Shown here one piece after another: positions 33,661 to 43,654 of a stretch of DNA of 64,000 bases. A model generated the notes under the pieces. That model was given only the letters and a program-made list of their open reading frames with translations. It was not told where the DNA came from and made no database searches. Position 1 is the stretch's first letter; every line of letters begins with the position of its first letter. The stretch comes from an uncultured Clostridia bacterium (GTDB lineage Bacteria; Bacillota; Clostridia; Christensenellales; UBA1242): positions 14,638-78,637 of the forward strand of contig CALVTE010000002.1 in the NCBI GenBank assembly GCA_944360075.1, given 5' to 3'. The translations under genes were made by a program, and so were the position numbers.

Positions 33661-34557
33661 TTAAAACAAATTGTCCACAAACTCGTCACTATTGAATTGT
33701 TCAATATCATTTTCGCCCTCGCCAACTCCAACAAAAACAACAGGCAAAGCATAGTCTTTTTCAATGGCAATCACAACCCCGCCCTTTGCTGTGCCGTCAA
33801 GTTTTGTCAAAATTATGCCGTCAATTTTTACAAAATCATTGAAAGCAGAAATTTGAGAAAGTGCATTTTGCCCAGTGGTTGCATCCAGCACAATAAAGGT
33901 ATAGTGATGCGCCTGTGGATATTCTCGAGTTATAACTCTGTCAATTTTTTTAAGTTCTTCCATCAAATTTGTTTTGGTGTGTAGTCTTCCAGCCGTGTCA
34001 ACAAGCACAACATCGGTTTTGCGAGCTTTTGCACTTGCAATGCCATCAAAAACCACAGAGGCTGCATCTGCGCCTTCGTTTTGCTTGACAATTTTGGTTT
34101 TTGTGCGGCTGGCCCATTCGTTTAACTGGTTTGCTGCAGCAGCCCTAAAAGTGTCACCAGCCACAAGCAAAACATCTTTTTTGTTGTCTTTAAAGTATTT
34201 GGCAAGTTTGCCTATTGTGGTGGTTTTGCCAACGCCATTAACGCCAATAATTGTTATCACTGCTGGATAATCTATAGAGATTTGATTGAGCGAAGCAAAA
34301 TCATTTTTCAAAATTTGTTTAAGTTTTGCTTTGACCTCTTCGGCCGTTCTGATTTTTTCTTTTCTCGCGCTCAGCCTCAGCTGCTCAACAATATCCAGAC
34401 TGGTTTTGACTCCCACGTCACAAGAAATCAAAATGTCAGTAAGTTCGTCATAAAAATCGTCATCAATTTCTCCATGACTTAAAAGAGCGTCAATTTTGCG
34501 AGCGATGGCTTCTCTAGTTTTTCTCAGAGCATTGCCAATTTTTTTAAATATCCCCAT
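33661..34557 (-). CDS. ftsY: signal recognition particle receptor FtsY
   Basis: 298 aa from ATG at 34557, 1 nt after the smc stop. Motifs GVNGVGKTTTIGKLA, DTAGRLH, TKLDGTAKGG. Confidence 0.95.
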   Translation of the reverse strand: MGIFKKIGNALRKTREAIARKIDALLSHGEIDDDFYDELTDILISCDVGVKTSLDIVEQLRLSARKEKIRTAEEVKAKLKQILKNDFASLNQISIDYPAVITIIGVNGVGKTTTIGKLAKYFKDNKKDVLLVAGDTFRAAAANQLNEWASRTKTKIVKQNEGADAASVVFDGIASAKARKTDVVLVDTAGRLHTKTNLMEELKKIDRVITREYPQAHHYTFIVLDATTGQNALSQISAFNDFVKIDGIILTKLDGTAKGGVVIAIEKDYALPVVFVGVGEGENDIEQFNSDEFVDNLF

Positions 34558-34558
34558 T

Positions 34559-37500
34559 TTAATTCTCCTGAGCATGTCTGATAGCATCTGAAAGCTGAAC
34601 AGACACAATTTTTGAAACGCCTTTTTCTTCCATAGTCACGCCAAACAACGCTTGAGCATATTCCATGGTAGGTTTTTTGTGAGTTATAAGAATAAATTGA
34701 GTTTCGTTTGACAGTTTTTTAAGATATTTGTCAACAATTTCAACGTTGGAGTCATCAAGAGCGGCTTCAACTTCGTCAAACAAGCAAAATGGCAAAGGTT
34801 TTATTCTTAAAATTGCAAAAATCACAGCCATTGCGGTAAGCGATTTTTCTCCGCCAGAGAGAAGTGTCATGTTCTGAATTTTTTTGCCAGGCGGTTGAGC
34901 AAAAATTTCCACTCCGCTTTCAAGCGGGTCGTTTTCATCACACAAAGCAAGTTTTGCCGTTCCGCCACCAAACAATTCTTTGAAAGTCAGTTTAAAGCTT
35001 TCATTTATTCGATTAAGTTCGTTATTAAATTTTTCAATCATAATGCCTGAAAGGTCTTTTATAATCTTGTTCAAGTCGTCTTGTGCTTTTTCAAGGTCCT
35101 GCGCCTGAGTGCTAAGGTCGTCATATCTTTCATAAAGCACTTTGCAGTCTTCGATGGCATTGACGTTGACATAGCCGAGAGCGTTGATGGATTTTTTAAG
35201 CCTTGAAATTTCTGGCAGCGCTTGATTTATGTCAAAATCGGCTCGGCGAAGTTCTTGCGATGTGGAGTAGGTCAAAGAGTATTCTTCATATATGCGCTCT
35301 TGCATGTTTTCAAGTTCGCTGTCTACTTTTGACAAATTCATCTCTTCTCTAAATTTTTTGTCATGCAGAGAAGAAAGTTCGTCCATAAGCGAAGTTTTGG
35401 TCACATCAAGCTCTTTGATTTTTTCATTTATCGCTTGTTTTTCACCTTCAATATCAGCCCTTCTTTGCGTGCACTTTTCAAGCTCTTGCTTTTTTGAAGA
35501 AGTTGGAGCAGCTGCCAATTTTTCTTTGATAAGCTGCTCTGACTGACTGATAAACAAATCATTTTTCTTGATTTGCTCTTCAATCTCAACAAGAGTCTGC
35601 TTCAATCTGCCCTCTTCATTTTCCAGCCTGAGTTTTTCGTTGTCAGCATTTGAGAGTTTGGTTCTGATTTGCGCCATTTCAACTTTGACAGTCAAAATAT
35701 TTTCATTCACGTCATCTCTCTCTTTTCTGAGATGCTCAAATTTTTCTCGTTTTTCTTTCACAATTTCGTCTGCGTCTTCCTTGTTGCCAGACAGTGCACT
35801 TTCAAGTTTTTCAGCTTTGGCAAGTTCTTGCTCAATAAGTTGCAATTTGTTTTTCACAGTTTGGCTTTCCATCTCGCTGACTTGCAAGTTGTCGGCGGTT
35901 TCAACAAGACTCGACGAGAATTGCTCAATTTTTTCTTTATCTTTTGCAATTTCCACTTCAAGCAAACTTATCTGATTTCTTTTTTCAGCAAGACTTACGT
36001 GCGTTTTTTCAATATCGGCAGAAATTTGTTTGAGAAGGCTGTTGATTTGTTCAATTCTGACATTAAACTTGACAATCTCGTCGCCAAGAGTTTCAATCTC
36101 TCGCTCTCTGCCCATAATATTTGAAGATTCAGCCTTTTTGCTTCCACCTGTAAGCGAGCCTTGCGGATTGACAACATCGCCATCGAGAGTGACAATGCGA
36201 TAGGCGTAGCCGCTATTTTTTGCAACTTCCACAGCCACCTGCAGGTTTTCAGCAATAACGGTGGCTCCAAGCAAGTTGCTGACAACATTGTCGATAGATT
36301 TGTCGAAGTCAACAAGCTCAGAAGCAATTCCATAAATGCCCTGCTTTCCATCCACATATTTGCGGTCAAGACTTCTTCTTTTCATGGAAGTGATTGGCAA
36401 AAAAGTTGCTCTGCCAAAAGAGTTTTCTTTTAAGAATTTGATAAGCGCTTTTGCTTCTTCTTCATTGTGAGTGACAATGTTTTGCACTGCCCCGCCAAGA
36501 GCCACTTCTATGGCCGTTTCAAGTTTTTGAGGAACTTTGATAAGAGAAGCAATCACGCCAACAATCTTTGATTTGATTTGAGGATTTTTTTCACTTTCTT
36601 TAAGCAATTTTTTGACAGCATAAGCATAGCCGTCATATTCATTTTGCAGCTCGGTCAAAAGTTTTCTTCTGTTTTCAAAAACTTTGACTTGCGTGTTGAT
36701 GTTGGCTTTTTCGTTTTCAAGTTCTTTATTTTTACGCTGGTTTATAAAATCTTGGCTGGCCAAAAGTTTTTCTTGCTCTTTGAGCGACAATAGCTTATTT
36801 TCTTTTTCACTTAAAGCGTTTTTGGCCTCTGTTGCCAATTTTTTGCTTTCATCTTGCTTATTTGACAGCTCGCCGATATCATTTTCCAAATTTTTCAAAC
36901 TTTCACTCAAAAGGGCTTTTTCAGTTTTCAAACGAGAAACATTGCTCTTTATATCTGAAAGCGAGCCAAGCGTTTCGATAATCTTTTGCTGACTTGCTCC
37001 CGCCTCATCTTCGCTCAAGGCAAGTTCGTTTGCCAGCGCAAGATACTTGTCAGAAAGTTCGTTGAAAGACTCTTCAAGAATTTTAAGTTCGTTTTGCAAG
37101 GCTAAAATTTTATCTTCAAGTTCTTTTTTGTTTTCCTGGCAAAGCTCAAGAGCGGTCAAAGAGTTTGTTCGGTCAAGATGAAGTCGGTCATTTTCTTTGT
37201 TGGTATAGTTGATGCGCTCTCTGGCGAGTTTTGTCTCGCCTTCCTGTTTTTCAAGCCCTACGGTAAGGTCAAGGATTGTTTGGTTGATGCTTGCCAAAGT
37301 TTTGTCAAAGTTTTCAACAGAGCTCATCGCTTGACTGTATTGCTCATTTGCTTTGTCAAGGTCTGATTGTCTGATGTCTATCTGCTTTGCAAGGGCGTCG
37401 AGTTTTAATCCGATTTGTTCTTTGACAGTGCTTGCATTTTCATATTGATAGATATATGCATTGACTTCCAAATCTTTCAGCTGGCCTTTATATTCCAAAT

Positions 37501-38143
37501 ATTTTTTGGCATTTTCAGCTTGTTTTTTCAGCGGCCCCATCTGCCTTTCAATTTCACAGATAATGTCTTTAACGCGCGTAAGATTGTCAGTTGTTCGCTC
37601 TAATTTACGTTCTGCTTCTCGTTTGTCGTTTTTGTATTTAGAAATTCCCGCTGCATCTTCAAACATTGCTCTTCGGCTTTCTGGTTTTGCATCAACAAGT
37701 TCAGTGACTTTGCCCTGGCTGATAACTGAATAGCCATTTTTGCCAAGTCCGCTGTTATACAAAAGATTGGTGATATCTCTCAAGTGGCAAGTGTTGCGGT
37801 TGATAAGGTATTCACTTTCGCCAGAACGATAAAGTTTTCTTGTGATGGCAAGCTCGTCATAATCAAAATTGAAAAAACGGTTTGTGTTGTCAAATGTCAG
37901 CGTAACTTCGCAGTAAGAAAGACTCTTTCTTTTTTCTGTTCCATTGAAAATAACATCTTGCATGCTGTCACCACGCAAAGTTTTAGGACTTTGTTCACCC
38001 AAAACCCACCTTATTGCATCAGAAACATTGCTTTTGCCACAGCCGTTTGGCCCGACAATCGCAGTAAAGTTGTCGTTAAACTCAATCACAGTGCGATCTG
38101 CGAAAGATTTGAATCCAATCATTTCAATTTTTTTAAAAATCAT
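34559..38143 (-). CDS. smc: chromosome segregation protein SMC
   Basis: 1194 aa. Walker A GPNGCGKSN, long coiled coils, a hinge, signature LSGGEKSLTA, and Walker B LFDEVEAALD. Confidence 0.95.
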   Translation of the reverse strand: MIFKKIEMIGFKSFADRTVIEFNDNFTAIVGPNGCGKSNVSDAIRWVLGEQSPKTLRGDSMQDVIFNGTEKRKSLSYCEVTLTFDNTNRFFNFDYDELAITRKLYRSGESEYLINRNTCHLRDITNLLYNSGLGKNGYSVISQGKVTELVDAKPESRRAMFEDAAGISKYKNDKREAERKLERTTDNLTRVKDIICEIERQMGPLKKQAENAKKYLEYKGQLKDLEVNAYIYQYENASTVKEQIGLKLDALAKQIDIRQSDLDKANEQYSQAMSSVENFDKTLASINQTILDLTVGLEKQEGETKLARERINYTNKENDRLHLDRTNSLTALELCQENKKELEDKILALQNELKILEESFNELSDKYLALANELALSEDEAGASQQKIIETLGSLSDIKSNVSRLKTEKALLSESLKNLENDIGELSNKQDESKKLATEAKNALSEKENKLLSLKEQEKLLASQDFINQRKNKELENEKANINTQVKVFENRRKLLTELQNEYDGYAYAVKKLLKESEKNPQIKSKIVGVIASLIKVPQKLETAIEVALGGAVQNIVTHNEEEAKALIKFLKENSFGRATFLPITSMKRRSLDRKYVDGKQGIYGIASELVDFDKSIDNVVSNLLGATVIAENLQVAVEVAKNSGYAYRIVTLDGDVVNPQGSLTGGSKKAESSNIMGREREIETLGDEIVKFNVRIEQINSLLKQISADIEKTHVSLAEKRNQISLLEVEIAKDKEKIEQFSSSLVETADNLQVSEMESQTVKNKLQLIEQELAKAEKLESALSGNKEDADEIVKEKREKFEHLRKERDDVNENILTVKVEMAQIRTKLSNADNEKLRLENEEGRLKQTLVEIEEQIKKNDLFISQSEQLIKEKLAAAPTSSKKQELEKCTQRRADIEGEKQAINEKIKELDVTKTSLMDELSSLHDKKFREEMNLSKVDSELENMQERIYEEYSLTYSTSQELRRADFDINQALPEISRLKKSINALGYVNVNAIEDCKVLYERYDDLSTQAQDLEKAQDDLNKIIKDLSGIMIEKFNNELNRINESFKLTFKELFGGGTAKLALCDENDPLESGVEIFAQPPGKKIQNMTLLSGGEKSLTAMAVIFAILRIKPLPFCLFDEVEAALDDSNVEIVDKYLKKLSNETQFILITHKKPTMEYAQALFGVTMEEKGVSKIVSVQLSDAIRHAQEN

Positions 38144-38180
38144 AACTACCTCGCATTTTTTCTCAGGTTACCTTGTCAAA

Positions 38181-38822
38181 TCAAACCAAAAATAGTTTTT
38201 CTATTGCCGCTTTTGCAGCATTCTGTTCAGCTTCAATTTTGCTTTTGCCTTCCCCCGTGCTTATGGCGTCTTCGTCCATAAAGAAGGTGGACTCAAAACC
38301 TTGGTCGGAAGGTTGAGTTTTATACTGCATATGACACTTAAAACCACTTTGCACAAGTTCTTGCAACTTTGATTTGTAATTATCGTCCACAACGCTTTCA
38401 AAATTTTTCAAGTCAAAATTTTTGTAAATAAATTCTTTGGTTTTTTCAAGCCCACATTCAAGATATATGGCTGCAATCACAGCCTCCACAACATCTGCTT
38501 TGACAGCCTTTGAAATTTGTCCCTGATAACTTTTGCCCACCATTACAAATTGGCCAAGATTTAAAAGGTCAAAAATTTTGCAGAGGTTGCTTTCAGATAC
38601 ATAGTGACTGCGCAAAACGGTCAATTTGCCTTCTTGAGCTTTGGAGTGCAAAAACAGATATTCCCCCACAACAAAGTCAAGAATTCCATCTCCCAAAAAT
38701 TCAAGCCGCTCGTAATTGATTTCGCTTTTCGAGCTGTGAGTGAAGGCTCGAGAAAATAGTTCCACGTTTTGCACATTGATTTCGATTGTTTTCGACAGAA
38801 GTTTGAACTGGTTTTTATTCAT
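38181..38822 (-). CDS. rnc: ribonuclease III
   Basis: 213 aa from ATG at 38822. Signature ERLEFLGDGILDF and a C-terminal dsRBD. The start overlaps the plsX stop by 8 nt. Confidence 0.9.
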   Translation of the reverse strand: MNKNQFKLLSKTIEINVQNVELFSRAFTHSSKSEINYERLEFLGDGILDFVVGEYLFLHSKAQEGKLTVLRSHYVSESNLCKIFDLLNLGQFVMVGKSYQGQISKAVKADVVEAVIAAIYLECGLEKTKEFIYKNFDLKNFESVVDDNYKSKLQELVQSGFKCHMQYKTQPSDQGFESTFFMDEDAISTGEGKSKIEAEQNAAKAAIEKLFLV

Positions 38823-39825
38823 TGCTCTCAGCCTCGAGATTTTGGATTGATTTTTCGATTTTTTCAATAAGTTTGTTTTTGTGCAGAAGCATGGTCTGCT
38901 CAATGGAAGCGCAGATATTCATTCTTTTGCAAGAGCCGTGGTTTTTGACAACAAGCTTTTTACAGCCCAAAAGTGGACTTCCAGCGTGTTTTTTCTGCAC
39001 ATCAATGCGATTTTTGATTTCGTCAAAAGTCTTTTTCATAAACAAAGCACCAAGCATGCTCAATTTATGAGATTTTATGCTGCGCTTAAGAATGCTCATC
39101 ACTGCAGCCACTGCACCTTCAGTGCCTTTGAGTAAAGCATTGCCAGCAAAGCCATCTGCCACCATAACATCCACTTCGCCACTCATAAAATCGCCACCTT
39201 CACGATTGCCAATAAAGTTGATGGCTGCTTTTTTGAGAAGTGGATAGGCTTCTTTGACAAGTTCGTTGCCTTTTTCTTCTTCCACACCGTTATTTAGCAG
39301 CGCAACCCTTGGTTGAGGCTTGTTGTAAATTATGGAATAATACGCACTGCCCATCAAAGCAAAATGCAAAAGATTGACAGGCTTGCAATCAATGTTTGCT
39401 CCGCTGTCAATGATGATCACATCGCTTTCTGCTTTTGTTGGAAGAATTGGAGCAAGTGCAGGCCTGGAAATGCCTTTTATTCTGCCGATTTTCATAATAG
39501 CACCAGCAAGAACCGCTCCTGTGCTGCCAGCGCTGACCATGCCAACAACATCATCGCGCTCTTTTAAAATATCATAAGCCTTGACGAGAGAAGAATCAGT
39601 TTTATGCCTGATCGCCTCTGTTGGTTTGTCATTATTTGTTATCACATCTTTGGCATCAACAATTTCAACACGCTCATTTCGTCCGTTTAAAATCTTTTCG
39701 ATTTCTTCTTTTTTGCCTGTCAAAACAAGTTCAAGGTCTTTGTTTTTTTCAATAGCCATCAAAGCCCCTTCAACAATTTCAACAGGAGCGTTGTCTCCGC
39801 CAAAAGCATCTACCACGATTTTCAT
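38815..39825 (-). CDS. plsX: phosphate acyltransferase PlsX
   Basis: 336 aa from ATG at 39825 (AAGGAGAAG RBS). MKIVVDAFGGDNAP. The 12 upstream codons in the ORF track carry the RBS. Confidence 0.95.
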   Translation of the reverse strand: MKIVVDAFGGDNAPVEIVEGALMAIEKNKDLELVLTGKKEEIEKILNGRNERVEIVDAKDVITNNDKPTEAIRHKTDSSLVKAYDILKERDDVVGMVSAGSTGAVLAGAIMKIGRIKGISRPALAPILPTKAESDVIIIDSGANIDCKPVNLLHFALMGSAYYSIIYNKPQPRVALLNNGVEEEKGNELVKEAYPLLKKAAINFIGNREGGDFMSGEVDVMVADGFAGNALLKGTEGAVAAVMSILKRSIKSHKLSMLGALFMKKTFDEIKNRIDVQKKHAGSPLLGCKKLVVKNHGSCKRMNICASIEQTMLLHKNKLIEKIEKSIQNLEAESNE

Positions 39826-39960
39826 TGTCTTCTCCTTTTCATGCTGTATATATAATAACAAATATAAGGCAAATAATCAAAATGATTTTTGCAATTTTAT
39901 TGAAAAACTTAAAATAAAATACATTGATTTAAAAAACACTTTTGGCAGAACATATTGTGA

Positions 39961-39981
39961 CTATTATGCGCTGCATAATAG
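39961..39981. promoter_or_regulatory. perfect 9-3-9 palindrome upstream of plsX (candidate operator)
   Basis: CTATTATGC-gct-GCATAATAG, with imperfect symmetry extending about 12 bp on each side. Lies 136 nt upstream of the plsX start and just downstream of the rpmF terminator. Confidence 0.3.
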
Positions 39982-40024
39982 CACATATAGTGTTTTTGAT
40001 TTGATTTGGCCAAGTTTAAAATAA

Positions 40025-40052
40025 CAAAAAACTCGCCCTAAAAAAAGGCGAG
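40025..40052 (-). terminator. intrinsic terminator after rpmF
   Basis: Minus strand CTCGCC-loop-GGCGAG followed by TTTTTTGTT. Confidence 0.7.
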
Positions 40053-40061
40053 AGCTTTGAT

Positions 40062-40253
40062 TTATTTTGATTTTTCTTTTTTCTCTATAACAGTTTCATT
40101 TTTATAGCTTCCACACTTTTTGCAAACTGTATGAGGTTTTTTCATCTCATGACATTTTGGGCATTCAACAAGTGTTGGCGCTGTTGCTTTGAAATTTGCA
40201 GAATTTCTTGTGTTTCTTCTTGCTTTTGAAACTTTACCCTTTGGAACAGCCAT
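40062..40253 (-). CDS. rpmF: 50S ribosomal protein L32 (zinc-ribbon form)
   Basis: 63 aa. MAVPKGKVSKARRNTR, plus CPKC ... CKKC. AAAGGAGGAAAG RBS. Confidence 0.95.
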   Translation of the reverse strand: MAVPKGKVSKARRNTRNSANFKATAPTLVECPKCHEMKKPHTVCKKCGSYKNETVIEKKEKSK

Positions 40254-40301
40254 TGTCTTTCCTCCTTTAGATTTCTTGCTTTAATTTTCCTTGCCTAAGC
40301 A

Positions 40302-40330
40302 AGTATATTGATTTTTGACCAAATTGTCAA
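40302..40330 (-). promoter_or_regulatory. sigma-A-type promoter of rpmF
   Basis: Minus strand TTGACA-17 nt-TATACT. Confidence 0.6.
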
Positions 40331-40395
40331 GTGTTTTTTGCTTATTTTTAAATTCTTTTTGCTAAAAGGCTTTTTTGCAACCTTAAAACAAACAT

Positions 40396-41595
40396 TTATT
40401 TTTGTATCAACTGCAAAGTATCTCTTGCAATCAACAACTCTTCGTCTGTTGGAATTCTGTAAATTTTTACTTTTGATTTTTTTGTGCTGATAAGCTCTGC
40501 CGTGCCTCTTGGAAGAGAATTGTTCTTCTTTTTGTCAAGTTCAATTCCATATACTTCAAGGCCTTCAAGCGCTTCTTCTCGCAAATCTTCTTGGTTTTCA
40601 CCCACCCCGCCTGTAAAGACGATAGCGTCAACTTTTCCAAGCACAGCCATATAAGAGCCGATAAACTTTTTCGTTCTATACTTGAGCATATCAAGGGCGA
40701 GCTTTGCTCGTTTGTTGCCTTTTGAAATTGCATCATTGATTTCTCGAAGGTCACTTGACACGCCGCTTATTCCAAGCATTCCGCACTCTTTGTTGAGATA
40801 TTTCACAACTTCTTGAGCGCTCTGACCTTTCTTTTCAGCCAAATATGAAACAACAGATGGGTCAAGATCACCCGACCTTGTGCCCATGATAAGCCCTTCC
40901 AGCGGTGTCAAACCCATTGTTGTATCAACGCTTTGACCATTTTTGATGGCTGTTATTGAAGAACCATTGCCCATGTGCACTGTGATAAGATTGAGCTGGT
41001 CAAGTTTTTTGCCCATAAGTTTTGCGCAAGCATTTGCCACATATCGATGGCTTGTGCCGTGAAAACCATATTTTCTGATATGGTATTTTTCTGCGTCTTG
41101 ATATTTTATACCATAGTTATAGGCTTTTTCAGGCATAGTAGCATGAAAAGAGGTGTCAAACACAAGCACTTGAGGCACTTTTGGCATAACTTCCATGCAG
41201 CCTTTGATGCCAGCCATGTTTGCTTGAGCATGAAGTGGAGAAAGGTCTGTCAATTTTTCAAGGTCTTTAAGCACTTTTTTGTTGACAAGCACGCTTTGAT
41301 TGAAAATCCAACCGCCTTGAACCACTCTGTGTCCGCAAGCTGAAATTTCTGAAAGGTTTTTTATCACACCTTCCTTTTCGTCAGTCAGCATTTTAAGCAC
41401 GTTTTCAAGTGCTTGAACATGGTTTTCCATTTTTGTTGGAACTTCTTTTTTGTTCCCATGCATTGATATGGTGATAAAAGAAGATGCAAGCCCAATTTTC
41501 TCGCAATTTCCTTTGGCTATCACACTTTCATTTGTCATGTCAAAAAGTTGAAATTTCAGGGATGAACTTCCCGCATTGATAACTAAAATTTTCAT
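40396..41595 (-). CDS. ackA: acetate kinase
   Basis: 399 aa. MKILVINAGSSSLKFQLF, GHRVVQGG, FHGTSHRYV. Confidence 0.95.
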   Translation of the reverse strand: MKILVINAGSSSLKFQLFDMTNESVIAKGNCEKIGLASSFITISMHGNKKEVPTKMENHVQALENVLKMLTDEKEGVIKNLSEISACGHRVVQGGWIFNQSVLVNKKVLKDLEKLTDLSPLHAQANMAGIKGCMEVMPKVPQVLVFDTSFHATMPEKAYNYGIKYQDAEKYHIRKYGFHGTSHRYVANACAKLMGKKLDQLNLITVHMGNGSSITAIKNGQSVDTTMGLTPLEGLIMGTRSGDLDPSVVSYLAEKKGQSAQEVVKYLNKECGMLGISGVSSDLREINDAISKGNKRAKLALDMLKYRTKKFIGSYMAVLGKVDAIVFTGGVGENQEDLREEALEGLEVYGIELDKKKNNSLPRGTAELISTKKSKVKIYRIPTDEELLIARDTLQLIQK

Positions 41596-41597
41596 AT

Positions 41598-42575
41598 TTA
41601 CTCCTTTTCTGCTTGCAATGCTGTGATTGCAGTTATTGTGACAATATCTTCCACGCTGCAGCCTCTAGACAGGTCGTTGACAGGCTTTTTAAGCCCTTGC
41701 AAAATTGGCCCAACAGCATTAAGACCGCCTATATATTGAATTGCTTTGTAGCAGATATTTCCACTGTTTAAGTCTGGAAAAATCAAAATGTTTGCATCGC
41801 CTTTGATCGCGCTGTTTGGAGCCTTGCTTGCTGCCACTTTTGGCACCATTGCACTGTCAAACTGCAACTCGCCATCGCAGCAGATGCCACTTTTTTTGAA
41901 TTTTTCATAAGCCTGAGCCATCTTATCAGCACTTTCATGTTTTGCCGAACCTTTTGAAGAAAATGATAAAAAGGCAACTTTTGGCTGACCAAGCCCAAGC
42001 GTGTTGAAGGTTTTGACGCTGTCACTGGCAATCTGAGCAATCTCGTCAGCAGTTGGACAAGGCAAAACGCCACAATCAGCCAAAATCAAGGCTTTATCCT
42101 TCAAAAACTTGTTTTTCCCGTAAACAAGGAAACAAGAGTTGACCGGACTTCCTTTTTTCTGCGCTTTTATAATCTGAAGAGCTGGCCTAACAGTGTTTGC
42201 TGTTGAAGCTTCAGCGCCTGCAACCATGCCGTCTGCATAGCCTTCTTCAACCAGCAAAGTGGCAAAATAATAAGGGTTTAAAGCAAGTTCTTTTGCCTCT
42301 TCCAAACTCAAGCCTTTTTCTTTTCGTTTTGCATACAAACTTTTGACAAGCCTGTCAAGATGCTCAAACGTTTTTGGATTGATGATTTGAAAGCCTAGCA
42401 GCGACTTATCTCTCAGCACCAGACCGCTTTCGTCACCGATAAGGATTGGTTTTGCGATTTTCTTTTTGGCGATAATTTTGACAGCCTGCAAAGTTCTGTC
42501 ACTAAATTCTGCTTCAGGAAAAACAATGGTTTTTTGAAGCTTTGCAGCCTTTTTGTAAATGTTTTTAATTTTCAT
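41598..42575 (-). CDS. pta: phosphate acetyltransferase (short form)
   Basis: 325 aa. PTA_PTB family features (VFPEAEFSDRTLQA, ADGMVAGA, LSRGCSVEDIV). Immediately upstream of ackA. Confidence 0.85.
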   Translation of the reverse strand: MKIKNIYKKAAKLQKTIVFPEAEFSDRTLQAVKIIAKKKIAKPILIGDESGLVLRDKSLLGFQIINPKTFEHLDRLVKSLYAKRKEKGLSLEEAKELALNPYYFATLLVEEGYADGMVAGAEASTANTVRPALQIIKAQKKGSPVNSCFLVYGKNKFLKDKALILADCGVLPCPTADEIAQIASDSVKTFNTLGLGQPKVAFLSFSSKGSAKHESADKMAQAYEKFKKSGICCDGELQFDSAMVPKVAASKAPNSAIKGDANILIFPDLNSGNICYKAIQYIGGLNAVGPILQGLKKPVNDLSRGCSVEDIVTITAITALQAEKE

Positions 42576-42681
42576 TTTAACCTTCTAAAAAAATATTTTT
42601 ATGAATAAATTGTTTTATAGTGAATTGATACAAAAAAATTATAAATATAATGCCAACTTTTGTCAAATAAAATGGTGAAAA

Positions 42682-43620
42682 ATGCAAAAAACAACAAAAA
42701 TAAATTTTCTAAAATTGCTGCTTACGGTGTTTATTTTATACATCCTTTGCTCAATAGCGCTGCGTCCACAATTTTTTCTACAGACAACCTTTGATGGACT
42801 CTGCGCTTGGGCTGTGAATGTGCTGCCGAGTTTGCTGCCCTTTGTTTTCTTTACCAAACTGCTTTCTCATCTTGGAGTTGTTGACAAAATCTCAAAGGTT
42901 TTTGCTAAAGTTGTTGAAAAATTATATAAAACGCCCCCGCTTTCTGCCTACTGCTTTTTTTCTAGTATGATTTCTGGCTATCCTGTGGGAGCAAAAGTGA
43001 CGGCGGATTTATATCAAGCGGGCAAAATTTCAAGAACAGACGCCTGCAAAATGCTCAGTTTTTGCTCAACTTCAGGCCCTATGTTTGTGATTGGCGCAGT
43101 TGGGGCTGGAATGTTTGGGAGCGCTCTTGCTGGCTATATCATCTTTGCATCTCATCTTCTTGGAGCATTTTTTAACGGGATTTTCTATCGAAAAATAAAA
43201 CTGAAAGAATTTAAAAATGTTGCCAAGCCAAAAGAGGAAAAAGTTTTTGATTTATCTTCCACCATACTCGACTGCTGCCATAGCGTGATTTCTGTTGGCG
43301 CAATTATCGCTATATTTTTTGTGGTGATTTCTTCTCTCTCGCCTCTTTTGTCGCTTTTCCCTTCGCCTATATCTGCCTTTTTGGGCGGACTTGTTGAATT
43401 GACCAAAGGCTGCCTAGACATTTCAAGCACACTGCCTTTTAAAACCGCCATTATCTGCGCCAGTTTCATTATAAGTTTTGGCGGTTTCTCCACCATGGTT
43501 CAAACTCAAGCACTGACCACGCATTTGAAAGTGCCAACCACACTTTTAGTTCTTCAAAAACTGACCCATGCCTTGCTGTCTTGTTTGATTGCCACCGTTA
43601 TGGTTTTGATAATTTTTTGA
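42682..43620 (+). CDS. ylbJ: sporulation integral membrane protein YlbJ-like (nucleoside-recognition/Gate domain)
   Basis: 312 aa, polytopic. FDGLCAWAVNVLPSLLPFVFFTKLL and MISGYPVGAK resemble YlbJ. Confidence 0.6.
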   Translation: MQKTTKINFLKLLLTVFILYILCSIALRPQFFLQTTFDGLCAWAVNVLPSLLPFVFFTKLLSHLGVVDKISKVFAKVVEKLYKTPPLSAYCFFSSMISGYPVGAKVTADLYQAGKISRTDACKMLSFCSTSGPMFVIGAVGAGMFGSALAGYIIFASHLLGAFFNGIFYRKIKLKEFKNVAKPKEEKVFDLSSTILDCCHSVISVGAIIAIFFVVISSLSPLLSLFPSPISAFLGGLVELTKGCLDISSTLPFKTAIICASFIISFGGFSTMVQTQALTTHLKVPTTLLVLQKLTHALLSCLIATVMVLIIF

Positions 43621-43621
43621 T

Positions 43622-43650
43622 AAAAAAAAGCCTCAGCTTGTTGCCGAGAC
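43622..43650 (-). terminator. probable intrinsic terminator after the DUF378 gene
   Basis: Minus strand CTCGGC-aacaa-GCTGAG (one mismatch) followed by GCTTTTTTTT. Confidence 0.45.
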
Positions 43651-43654
43651 TTTA

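Noticed and set aside
35292-38281. A series of 84-165-aa plus-strand ORFs inside smc.
   Set aside because: They are Ser/Phe/Leu-rich antisense frames of a coiled-coil gene (the complement of K/E/L codons), not independent genes.
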